A DNA stretch of 63,931 bases, the filler included, from Hausera hauseri (taxonomy: Eukaryota): NCBI GenBank assembly GCA_046269625.1. It is 10 parts of 10 records of this genome, joined end to end, with 100 filler letters (N's around TTAATTAATTAA, not from the genome) between each part and the next. Parts side by side here need not be neighbours in the genome. Positions count along the whole stretch, not along the records: positions 21,445 to 29,028 come from JBJURY010005456.1; positions 29,129 to 34,789 come from JBJURY010211078.1; 8 more parts are not named here. The stretch is one strand, 5' to 3'. Positions 23,793 through 34,889 of this stretch are shown here, in pieces. A model generated the notes under the pieces. The model saw only the letters and a program-made list of their open reading frames with translations. It ran no database searches and was not told the origin of the DNA. Position 1 is the stretch's first letter, and each line of letters opens with the position of its first letter. The position numbers and the translations under genes are program-made.

Positions 23793-25922
23793 TTATGGTA
23801 ATACTTTATTTACAATTTTTTCACCAAGTCTGTTTGAAGCTATCAATCTAATATGTTCAACACATTTTTGTAAACCTTCTAAATCCGAAACGGTCTCAAA
23901 ACTCTTTCTGAAAAATGAGGAACACTCTTCACTTACAAATCGTTCAAGAAATTCTGCCAAAAATTCCCAAAACTTTGGCACATCCTCAATTATATCATCC
24001 GCATTGTTTATTAATTTCTGGATACTATAAACTATATCTTCTACTTTTAAAATGTTTAACTGTTCCGCTCTGAAAATATAGTCTCCCAAATTTCTTCTGC
24101 AGCTTGCATTTTTTTCCAACATATCGTCAATCCATTTTGTCAGAAGCTGTTTTGGATTTTTGATAAACTTTAATGACTCAATCATTGCATTTCCCAATGA
24201 TATTTCATAAAATAATTCATTTTCAGAAATGTTTTTGATATTTTCGCTTTCTCTATTCGGCTCTTCATTGACTACATATGGTTTATTTTCCTTATTTGAC
24301 TTCATTGTGTTACAATCGGAATTTTTACTGTTATAATAACGTCTTGATGAAATCTTCAAATTTCTAACTTCACCTTTTTGATAGCACTCTGTTTTTGATT
24401 CATTATTCCAAGCATTTCTATGATTGTTAGAAAATGTTGCTGTTCTGTTTGCTTTTGGAAACTGGATTTCATTATCGTTTTGTAACTCTTTTAAGGTTTT
24501 CGGATCAACACTTTTCTGAGCTGTTCTTTCGGTCCATTTTCGCTTGCGCATGTCCAAAACATCTTTTACTTTAAATCTGTATCTTGTTTCTAACGTGTTC
24601 ATTCTACTTAATTGTTCTACGTCTACCATTAATTCATCAAATCTTTTAGCAAAATTATTTTCAAGTATTTTTCCACACCTTTCTAAGATAATACAAATTG
24701 AATTTATATTATCAAGATTAGTCACGTTTTTCAACAGTGATTCTAAACATCTGATGATAACGTTTCCGTTTAAACAGTTTTGAATAAACAATTCAGAAAT
24801 AAATCTCATATTACCGAAGTAATTATCTTTTACTTGACATATCTTTTCTTCAACACTCTCTTGATAAAGTATTTTCATTCTTTCATCTTTTTCCTCGTCA
24901 ATACGTTTTCTCCAGTTTTCTCTTTCAATTTCCATTAATTCAGTTAAATTTGATTCAAATAAGGTTTTGCACTTCTTCAAAATCAGCGCTTTAAAAGACA
25001 ATGTATCGCATTTCAAATCAAATATTCGGCAACAAAACCGAGAATATACTTTTGCATATCCACGCTCCTTTATTGCTTTACAAAATATTTCGTGGCTCAA
25101 AAGTTCAAGACTACTTTCATCAAAATATCTACATGTTTTCAATTCATTCAAACATGATTCGAAATTCTCTGGTGCAAGCATGTTGAGTATTTTAAGAAAT
25201 CTTCTTTTAGTATTTTCACTTTCATTCTCATTTTGAGTTCTTTTATGTGGAACTTTATAACTATTTTCATATTGCGTTTGTTTCTTAAGTTTTGTAGTTC
25301 GCCACTCACCCGCAGGTTCTACGCATTGATGATTCAGAAATAATAATTTTACTGGTTTCAAAGATAAAATTGACCTAAGATTTTCATTGCTAAATGACAA
25401 ATGTTTAGGCCTTTCTCTACAGAAACTTAATTTTTGAAGTTCTTCTACCGTGTACGTCTTTATCTTTTGTTTTTTACTTTCCACCATTCTATTGGATTCT
25501 GAATATATACTTTCTGTTTTACTCATGTCATTTGCAGTATCTTCACACAAAGTTGTATTTAAATCACGTATTTTTTCAATGTTGCAATTTGACTTTCTAT
25601 TAAAGTCTATTGCAATTTTTGTTACCGGATCTAAAACAACTAACGGTTTTAATTCTCTTTTGCATGACTTAATTGTCGTCACCGGATCCAGAACAACCGA
25701 TTCTCGTTTTGCCGGATTAAGTGTTATTATTGGATCCAAAATTGTTAGAGGTTTGAATTCTCTTTTACTGACATTACTTTGATTATGCTGAATTTGATTT
25801 TTATAAACGACATCAGAACCATTGTTAAAATGCAATATTGATTTTGTTTTCGGATCAACAATTGTTAGTGGCTTGAACACTCTCTGGCTCAATGTTTTTT
25901 CATTCATTTGATTCATATTCAT
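23793..25922 (-). CDS. eIF4G: Divergent intronless eIF4G-like translation initiation factor (PABP-binding-like repeats, 4E-binding-like motif, MIF4G, partial MA3)
   Basis: 709-aa intact ORF. MIF4G: ILNMLAPENF...IFCKAIKERGYAKVYSRFC...FKALILKKC...GNMRFISELF...RYRFKVKDVLDMRKRKW. MA3-like: LEKNASCRRNLG...ADDIIEDVPKFWEFLAEFL. YTVEELQKL motif. AATAAA follows the stop. Confidence 0.9.
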   Translation of the reverse strand: MNMNQMNEKTLSQRVFKPLTIVDPKTKSILHFNNGSDVVYKNQIQHNQSNVSKREFKPLTILDPIITLNPAKRESVVLDPVTTIKSCKRELKPLVVLDPVTKIAIDFNRKSNCNIEKIRDLNTTLCEDTANDMSKTESIYSESNRMVESKKQKIKTYTVEELQKLSFCRERPKHLSFSNENLRSILSLKPVKLLFLNHQCVEPAGEWRTTKLKKQTQYENSYKVPHKRTQNENESENTKRRFLKILNMLAPENFESCLNELKTCRYFDESSLELLSHEIFCKAIKERGYAKVYSRFCCRIFDLKCDTLSFKALILKKCKTLFESNLTELMEIERENWRKRIDEEKDERMKILYQESVEEKICQVKDNYFGNMRFISELFIQNCLNGNVIIRCLESLLKNVTNLDNINSICIILERCGKILENNFAKRFDELMVDVEQLSRMNTLETRYRFKVKDVLDMRKRKWTERTAQKSVDPKTLKELQNDNEIQFPKANRTATFSNNHRNAWNNESKTECYQKGEVRNLKISSRRYYNSKNSDCNTMKSNKENKPYVVNEEPNRESENIKNISENELFYEISLGNAMIESLKFIKNPKQLLTKWIDDMLEKNASCRRNLGDYIFRAEQLNILKVEDIVYSIQKLINNADDIIEDVPKFWEFLAEFLERFVSEECSSFFRKSFETVSDLEGLQKCVEHIRLIASNRLGEKIVNKVLP

Positions 25923-26620
25923 AACACAAAGATAGTTTATTATACTAATCTTTCACAAATGGCTTCGAAATTTTCATTTAAATTAATTCTTTATAATAAT
26001 ATTGGATAAATGTGAATCCCATTACAGGTTCTAATGTATAAGTTAAAATTTACAAATTTAACATTCATATGTTAAAGAATGGTAATTTTGTGTTTGAAGA
26101 ATTTAATGAGATAAAGTTAATTTAAAAAGGTCAAATTAACTTTGTTGAAATATACACCTAATTTTAATTTTCAATATAAACTTTTGGTGGAAAGGGTTTT
26201 AAGTAATTTATAATTTTGAAATAAAATTGAAATATCATGGAATAATAATAGCAAATTACAATATTACATAATATAAACGAAGATGTGTATTAACACTAAA
26301 AATATAAGATATCTCTTTAAATATATAGTTTGTTTGTATACTAATATTATTGCGGTTTAATTATTTTAATATAATAAATTAATTATTTTAAAATTATTAT
26401 GATTTTGAAAATTTTATTATAAACCGTAACATGGTAATACTATTTGATTTAATACGTTACAATATTTGACCAATCGTTGTACATTGACGTTGGTAAGAGC
26501 CACTTTATTAACAAATAATAAAACTATTTCAATTTATTTAATTATACAATAATCTCTTACTTTATATTCTGATGAAAGTTAAATAACCTAAGATAGATTT
26601 TATGTCTAACCAATGATATG

Positions 26621-27713
26621 TAGGGGAGACCGGGGCAGGTTGTAACAGTTACTAAAACAAGCCAAACATTTATTGTAATTTAGTTATTTATCTATTAGCA
26701 CATCCGTTTGGCACCAGCTGATAATGCAAAACTAGAGACAAGCGTATAGTTTTCGATTACTATACAGTATTGCAGGTTTGTTAAATTTTACTTTACAAAG
26801 TATTATTTAGTAGTTTTGATTATTTCTTTCTCTAATTTAAACCTGTTTGTCGATTTTGGTATCTATATAGTCAAACATGTGCAAATATATAGTGACTGCA
26901 CTGCCTTAATTACGAGATGGTAGTATTTTCAGTTTCGTTGCTGTAGACTGCTGAAGTTATGCCTCAAGGCTGGGGCAGATTGTAACATTGTAGTGCAATG
27001 TAGGTTGCAATGCGTTACAACCTAGCCCGATGTATTTTGCAGCAAAGTTCACTATAATCGTACGCATTGCTGCTACGGTATATAAGCCTAGTGTATGAAC
27101 TCCGTATAAACATGTACCGTATAGAGATATAACCATTTGATTTGCATCAATATTATGTAAATATATATTTTTTAGAATGAAAACTATAAAAGAAAGACAA
27201 TTAGAGGAAACGCGTCGAATGACGAAATTGAGGCTGCCGTAAACAGAGTGATTGAAAATAAAGAATCAATTCGAAAGGTAGCCAGGGAGTTTGGCATTGT
27301 ACAAGTCACTTTCTTTCGATAAATAAAGAAGGTTCAGGCGAGAATAACAAATAAAATGCCTGCCAAACTGGATCAAGTTGGCTATATCCCAAATCGTCAA
27401 TTTTTCACACCGGCTCAATTAGCTGAACTTGATAACGTATATAACTGCTTCACGCAGTGAAATTAATATTGTTACAACCTTCTTCGGGAAGTGTTGCAAC
27501 TTGCCCCATATCTAAGGTTGCTTGTAACACAAGTGAAGACCTTACGAAAGCTTATATCTTCTGAACATTAACGTCTAGCCGACCGTATTATTCACTATAC
27601 GTAGACCGATATTGGTTGATTAATAAGCGCTGATATCTATTTTAGAATATATCACTACAGTCCGCTAAGAAGGATAAAGCAAAAATTGTTACAAGTTGCT
27701 CCAGTTTCCCCTA
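26621..27713 (+). mobile_element. Pogo/Tigger-like non-autonomous deletion derivative
   Basis: TA-flanked imperfect TIRs (TAGGGGAGACCGGGGCAGGTTGTAACA / TGTTACAAGTTGCTCCAGTTTCCCCTA), subterminal GTTACAAC repeats, and an HTH-psq remnant EIEAAVNRVIENKESIRKVAREFGI near 27180-27440; no DDE domain. Confidence 0.85.
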
Positions 27714-28951
27714 TAACATATTATATATTTAGATGGCTTCATGAATTTTGTAACTAATTCTGCAAATAGAAAATTTGAAGGAAAATTAAATTAAAGTCAA
27801 ACTTAAAATTTGAAGATGATGAACATTAAAGTTTCATAATTATTAATCGTCATTTTAAATTTTTTGTCACTAAATAATTGTAAATTGATTTATTTAAAAA
27901 TTATTACTGTCCATAAAGAAATGAACTAGTTATATGTTGGTTCATTTTATCATTGAAAACAAATATACAAAATTAATTAAAGAATTCAGTTAGAATCTCT
28001 TGTACTATTTGGATATTGAAATTACAGAATATCAATTTCCCAAATTAAATAAAGACATTTATAACTGTTTATTGTGCGTTCCAATTTGGTACAATTTTGG
28101 AAAATTTTTGACAAAATTTCTTTGAAGATGAAATATATTTGTAACAACTTAAGAAATTTCAAAGTTTTTTCCAGAAAAAGCTATTTAATATAGAAGTAAT
28201 CGATTAGTGGTCAACGGACTTTTATAAAACCTGGAAGTAACATAGTATTCATCATGTTGATTATTCAACATAAATGAAAAATGGCTACAGATAAAAATGG
28301 CTTCCATGCTGAAGTTGCAAATTTGTAACGGATTCTATCCTAGTCAATCATACACATTAAATATTTTTACTAATATAAGTTGAATATAGATTTTATTATA
28401 TATGAATAAAGACGGATTTGCTCGGCAAAATCCGCGGATCAAAATCCGGAGTATCACTTGGCTTATTATCGCACATTTTAACTCAAACTGAATTCGAATT
28501 ACTTTTAAATTATATTTATTTTAATCCTAATTTTGAAACAAATTATAAATACATAATAATATTACTTATTATTTATTTTTTCTGAGCCATTAATATCCAT
28601 TCTCCTTTATGATACTTGTTCACTCTAAAATTAAACATTTTTATTTACATAAGTTGCATATAGATTTTATTATATATATGTACACAGTTTTTCAACTAAT
28701 AGAAATTTTCATTTCGAAAAACACAATTCGAAATATGGACTACTCCAAATTCATACACTGTTGTTCACGTTGGAGAAGTCTAGTTTGGTAGTAACGATTC
28801 CTCTTTCCCATATATGAATTTTTATATCCATAAAATAAATATACGGTGATAATAAAATAGCCAAACCAAGACCTTAAATTTTGGAAAGTCTGCATAAAAA
28901 TTGAATGTGGGTGTTCGAAAAAGGCTTTTCATATAGTACTTGAAAAACATT

Positions 28952-29028
28952 GATTCAATTATTATTTTCCTTTCGTCTCTCCCTTAATTTGGATAGGCAG
29001 CCTTTTCTGAGTGTAAATTCAGCGTGTC
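28952..29028 (+). repeat. 77-bp exact terminal direct repeat, right copy
   Basis: Identical to 21445-21521. Confidence 0.97.
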
Positions 29029-29341
29029 NNNNNNNNNNNNNNNNNNNNNNNNNNNNNNNNNNNNNNNNNNNNTTAATTAATTAANNNNNNNNNNNNNNNN
29101 NNNNNNNNNNNNNNNNNNNNNNNNNNNNGAAAATGGAACAAATATATTGAACACCATATCCATATTTAAAACAATTGCCGAGATGCACACACCAACTTTA
29201 CACACACCGTTCATAATTTCGCTGGTGAGTAACAAACAGTTTTATTAATGCAGCTGTTACTATTTCCTAGGTAAAGATAGAATTACATTTAGGTGAGTAC
29301 TTCGTTATCCAATTTATAGTAACATATAAAAGAAATCTTCT

Positions 29342-29566
29342 TTATAGAACCTGAAGGGGAAGTTCGCTGGCGGTTCGGTACGTAAAATACCTGCGCCTTT
29401 GTTCATTAAACGTATAACAATAGGTTACGTAATCCTCGTAGTTAGACACGTCAATGTTACGTACTTGCTCTATATTTTCTTCCATCAGGCACTCAACCTT
29501 TTCCTTCTGTGACCATATGTCGGTGTTGTGTTTATAACTTAACCAATATGTTCCCTGCTCAGGCAT
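29342..29566 (-). CDS. Putative small orphan protein
   Basis: 74-aa ATG ORF with globular-like composition in very AT-rich DNA; no recognised motif. Confidence 0.25.
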   Translation of the reverse strand: MPEQGTYWLSYKHNTDIWSQKEKVECLMEENIEQVRNIDVSNYEDYVTYCYTFNEQRRRYFTYRTASELPLQVL

Positions 29567-29619
29567 AATGTTAACTATGTTGCAAATACGTTCGTTTCAT
29601 TTGTAATTTTATGAATATT

Positions 29620-29795
29620 TTCATTATGTTTATAATTTCTCAAATGAGTTCATGATGTTTATAATTCCACAAATATGTTCACCTTTTAGGCATAGGCCGT
29701 AATGATATGTTCATTATGTTCATAATTTCTCAAATGAGTTCATGATGTTTATAATTCCACAAATATGTTCACCTTTTAGGCATAGGCCGTAATGA
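29620..29795. repeat. Tandem duplication, 90-bp period, about 2 copies
   Basis: TCATTATGTT...GGCATAGGCCGTAATGA at 29621 and 29711. Confidence 0.92.
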
Positions 29796-30075
29796 AATTA
29801 AATTTTTTGCCTTGCTACGCTCATTCATCCAATTAGTCGTAATCATCTAATTCTTCATCTTGGATCTAGAATAATATTCCTTAAATGTTTATAGATATCT
29901 AGATCGATAGGATTTTTACATCGCGGTTTTGTATGCACATCCATGTCCCATTAACGTTGACTTCAAACATAAAATGCATTTCTTCTGAATAATTATTACA
30001 TTGGTGCATCAAATATATAGAAATCGAAATTCATACGACTGTAATCTAATACATAAAGTTTAAATTGAATTTAAA

Positions 30076-30430
30076 TTTACAAAATATAATTTATCAAATT
30101 ACAAACGTAAGTCAGTTGGGAAAGTCTATAAAAGGGTAACATGGTTATTGTAAATTCCATCATTCCATCTAAATAGGTCAGTAGGTAGGGTAGTGAAAAG
30201 GGTAATATTATGTCTTTGTACATTCTGCTTATGGATGTGTCGAATCTTTATTATAATGGATCCTTTAGTCATGTTATTATCGTAATTATTTGTACTTTAC
30301 AAAATATAATTTATTGAATTATAAGCGGTTGGGAAAGTCTATAAAAGAGGTAACGTGGCTATTGTAAATTCCCTCATTTAATCCAAGTCGGTCGACATGT
30401 CGGGCAATAAGAAGGGTGGTATTGTATTAT
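30076..30430 (+). repeat. Diverged direct repeat of about 135 bp containing TATA-like boxes
   Basis: TTTACAAAATATAATTTAT...GTTGGGAAAGTCTATAAAAG.GGTAAC.TGG.TATTGTAAATTCC starting at 30076 and 30296. Confidence 0.8.
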
Positions 30431-31779
30431 TAAGGGAATTGTCATTCAACTCAGAAATATATTAAGAAAGTAGTCCATTCTCTTCTGTCGTAATTTTACA
30501 CCGTATACTACGTATATACACAATATCAAGGTAAAATATTATCAATAAAGGTTTTAAGAAACAATCATACAAAGATATACACACACTTTACGTTAAATTT
30601 CATTAAGCAAGTTAACTCCCAAAATTAACGATAACAATAATCAAGGTAATAGACGATCACCGATCGAAATGAGTATAGTTAGTCTTAATCCTGCGATTTC
30701 AGTTAACCAGTTAAAGTACAACACTGTTTTCCACATTCTATACTCCGTTATTCAGCGATCATCCATTATCATTATACTTTCTATGTTCTCGAATAGGATC
30801 TTTCATTCATTACTTTTCTCAAAGTTTTGTCAATGTATTCTATTCAATTTTTTCGTCATGCTGACCTTCATTTCGTTGGATCTCAACTTCTTTCGTCTCT
30901 TTTCTACTCATCTGAGCATATAACATATCTCCGCATTTACAGGCGATCGTGTATGACCATCATCTAAAGTTAAATTCTCCCCTCTTAAAATTTAATTCTT
31001 GAGTACACAGGATTTTATATCGTAGCCGACAAGAAAATAATTATACAATTATACTATTAAATAGTCTAAAGATATAATAAATAGGATCATCATAATATTC
31101 TATTAATCATTCAATCTTAATCATGTAAGTATGTTGCTTCCCAGTAATTATTCTACTATACCAGAGTTCAATTAATTTAAGATCTCTTGGTACCATATAT
31201 TCAAGGGTTACGTCTCCCCTTTCTGATTGACACAGGAAAAACCATGAATTTCTTTCATTCATCTTTGGCCAATCCTCAATGATCGTAGGTTGCAGGAGCT
31301 TCCCAGAAATCCGTGTGCGATAACACAAGACTGTCTAAGATTATTTTATATTTTTTCCCACCATGTTCCACCATAGTCTGACCGATGTCTACGCATATAA
31401 CCTGAAACCAACTTGCAAACTATATTCGTCTTTCAATTTATGATTTAAAGCTTTATTGAATACAAAATATATACAGCAAAAAATGAAATTTCAATAAAAA
31501 GAGAGTAAACACATAACAATCAAATTTTTACCATCTCCTTGGCCGTTGGTGTTCGAGAAAGAATTATTTTCTGCAGAATTATTCATTGTAACTAAAGTTT
31601 ATTGATATAAATAAGATATTTACTAGACCTACTAAATATTTTCGTAGGTAGATGATTGTTCCCGAAAGCTTCTCTGTATCAGTGTAAGTTGAATATTGAA
31701 TGTCGAATGTTGAAAATGTTGTCTTATCAAAATGCCCTGCCTATTTATACTTAGTGCGAGTCATAAATTGGTTTTCCAA

Positions 31780-31955
31780 AATTCAATTTGCCAATTCACA
31801 CAATGGATATAATAACGTTAATTTGACGGTCTTTGATTTTTTAAAATCCAATTTACCAATTCACACAATTCAATTTGCCAATTCTCACAATGAATATAAC
31901 AGCGCTAATCTGACGGCCTCTGATTTTGAAATCCAACCTGCAAACTCACACAACG
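31780..31955. repeat. Imperfect tandem repeat, period about 87 bp
   Basis: AATTCAATTTGCCAATTC.CACAATG.ATATAA...TGACGG.CT.TGATTTT repeated. Confidence 0.8.
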
Positions 31956-32528
31956 AAGTTGACCTAACGACCCTTAGTTTCTGACTAAAACCGTTATCTA
32001 TTGTATTATAATTTTTAAATTCAATCTGCTGATTCGCACAAACAACCAAACAATTTTCAAAACACGAAACCGACGAAACCGAATAGTCTATATTTTGCAC
32101 AATTGAATAATTAAATGTACTAAATAAATTTGCCATTAAATGCATCAAATGGACCCGTAAGCTCATTGAATAACGCACCAAATAAATTTTGCAAAAACAA
32201 TTCGAAAACGCACCAAACAAACCCGCGGAACAAACAACTCCAAACATTGCGAAACTAATGTATAATTGAATAATCTGCGTTTTTTTTAAAACAACTCACA
32301 TCTCTCGGTGGCAGCAATTGTATAATAAAGAGAAAAGGGTCACAAATAACTCACAATCGACAGTTGATAAAAACGCCCATCACGGAGGCTCGACAATACA
32401 TATGCGCAACGTTTTATAATGTTTCACAAAAATATCTGTCAATAAGTCACAACATTTTATAATGTTTCAAAAATATCTGTCAATAATCGAACTATTTGTT
32501 AAATTGCTGTTAGTGTTTTTCTGAAGGT

Positions 32529-32987
32529 TTATTGCCGGATAATCCATCCTAACACAGCAATGATAACAATAATTAGTAACACAAGCGAAGGCTTAAGTTC
32601 GAGTTTCTTTAAATATATACTGGTGGGATACTTGAGTACGATAAATCGTTCAATTGCTAGAATAGCCAGAATCCAAAAGGAAGTATCCGTAAAAACGTAA
32701 GAGGCATAATGATGTAACTTACAAACGATATTACTGATCGTTCGAATGTCAAACCCGAACATGTAAATAATGAATAGTCGTAATCCCATTATGAGTACTG
32801 CTAATTCATCGGATACTGATTCGCTAATAAGAAACACGCGAGTAAATGTTTTTACTTTTGTTTGGGCTTTAAACACAATTATGCAAAATATGTTTCCGAA
32901 AAGACCAATTATAACAGTAATCGTTATGATCCATTTGTAAATATTAAAAGCTGTTGAATCGGAAGGATTTACGCGTGATAGGTTCAT
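32529..32987 (-). pseudogene. Class A (rhodopsin-like, peptide-receptor-like) GPCR, truncated after TM4
   Basis: TM1 IIGLFGNIFCIIVF, TM2 FLISESVSD, ECL1/TM3 CKLHHY...WILAILAIERFIVLKYP; the ORF stops just after the fourth hydrophobic segment. Confidence 0.85.
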
Positions 32988-33316
32988 AAATTATCTGACT
33001 AATTTTTCTATGCATACATCTGATAATTTATAGGGGATTGTTAGTTCCAATAGGAGTTGTCAGATAACTTAAATCCAAACAATCCAATTCGACAGAGAGA
33101 AATAATGAGATAATTATTAAAGTATACATGAGACTTTAATACTAAAACTGAGAAAAAGAAAAACTTTGAAAATAGTTTATTTGCCACGAAACATTATAAA
33201 AACTTTCACAAACACCGGATTTAATGAACCTTTGAGGCGTAAATAATGTTTGCTGTCAGATTTATTCAACATATAGATATGTTGATGAAATTTAATTTTT
33301 TGAATAATAAAGATTA

Positions 33317-34789
33317 ATGAATTCTGGATCAAAAGTCCTGCTAATGAAGAAATCTCCAGACGTGGATATTAACGAAACTAATGGAGAAGGAGAGCTAATT
33401 CCTATCAGAGTAGGTCAGGGAAGGTTCAAAGGTAACGCGTGTGAAGATTCACCGCGATCTGGTGGATGGTTAAACCGGAAGAGACGGTTGAAATCACCAA
33501 AGGAAAATTTGTCCCAATCGTCGTATTGGAAACCTCAGATACAATGTTATTCTCAACTAACTAATTCGGGGACTTTAGGATTAAATGATGTGGAAGGTAT
33601 TTTAACGGTTGGGAAATCGGTTCGTGCAAATGAAGGGGGAGCTGAACAACCGATTATTCTGAAGATGGAGATTTATTTACAAGATAATTCCACAACACGG
33701 AGAAATACAGAGAGTTCAGGAAGCCGGTTGTATCTCGTGGCTGATTCAGCAAAGGCCATGACTGATAAATCTATGTCGCTGAATATGAAGAGAACGGTTC
33801 GACGTAGTGATAGACAGTGTGGATTAGTCAAGGTATTTAAGTGTCGTATTAATAATAGTGTTATTGTTTATCGTTCTTTTCTTGGCCTGGTGAACTCTGT
33901 CGGAGGTTGTGATAATTGTTTGAGAATATGTATGTCTGCAAAATTCCGTATGAGTGATTGGGACGATGCATTTAAAGGTGGAGAAAATCCCCCGGAGAGC
34001 AGCCCTCCGTTATCAATGGCTGCGAAAATTACCAGAATTGAATTGTGTAACCATATATATGTATATACTTCAGGTGGGGATTGGAGGGAGGATATGGGAA
34101 TATATGAATCAAGGAGTATGAAGATTGGACCGAGAATAAAACTACTCAAAACAAGGATTGATGCACGGGAATTTGAGATGGTAGGGTATGGGGGTACGTT
34201 CGGGTTGCGGGAGGATTTAAGTAATTCCGAGAAAAAATGGGTAGAAATAAGGGTTGGGGAAAAAGTGGAAAATGTGTTGTCAAAATATCGTAGAGAAAGA
34301 GTACACAATTACCCTCGCTATTTTGTTAAAAATTCTTCAACAAATGGTAGCAGAGCGTGGTTTACGCTCCCCCTTGTGATCCGGGAGTGTGAACCACGAC
34401 TTCTGATTGTCTCGAGAAGTTCTCATGTCCTTCTTCTTGTTTTCGGCACTTCTCCATTCCGTTTGTTTAAAATTGATCAAGCGAAAATCTTCGCAAAAGA
34501 CATCCAACTCACAGACCAGGTCGGAGAAAGCTGTGAAAGTGATTCTGTGAGTTGTGGTGGGATTGCGGAAGTGCCGCTTAATGGAGGTATGGTTTGGTCT
34601 TGGGCAGAGAGCCAATTAAAACCATATCAAATGGCCATGGGTATAAAAAGATCCTGGCTGGATAAAGAAAGGACGGAGAAGAGAGAGGGGGAAACTTTCA
34701 AGGAGATGGAAAGGAGTTGGACGAAAAAAGAAGAAAGTCACGCTTCCCAAAGAGAAAAAGAAAATGAGAGAAATACGAAACCAGATAAA
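33317..34789 (+). CDS. Orphan ORF of about 490 codons, open to the contig end
   Basis: Stop-free from the ATG at 33317 to the gap. The antisense frames I read contain stops, and the DNA is purine-rich and more GC-rich than the upstream flank. Confidence 0.5.
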
Positions 34790-34889
34790 NNNNNNNNNNN
34801 NNNNNNNNNNNNNNNNNNNNNNNNNNNNNNNNNTTAATTAATTAANNNNNNNNNNNNNNNNNNNNNNNNNNNNNNNNNNNNNNNNNNNN

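Noticed and set aside
24544-25782. Plus-strand ORFs opposite eIF4G (and similar antisense ORFs over the LINEs and contig 2)
   Set aside because: S/L/F/I-rich shadow frames of real genes on the other strand.
21445-29028. 77-bp repeats as LTRs or att sites
   Set aside because: They lie exactly at the contig ends, lack TG...CA termini and equal a common assembly k-mer; better read as a graph-cycle overlap.
32370-32395. CCCATCA-CGG motif as a third copy of the contig 3/4 shared block
   Set aside because: Only about 7 bp match and the flanking motifs are missing.
33870-33900. RSFLGLVN resembling the Ty3/gypsy RT thumb motif
   Set aside because: No YxDD, RNase H or other collinear motifs around it; probably chance.
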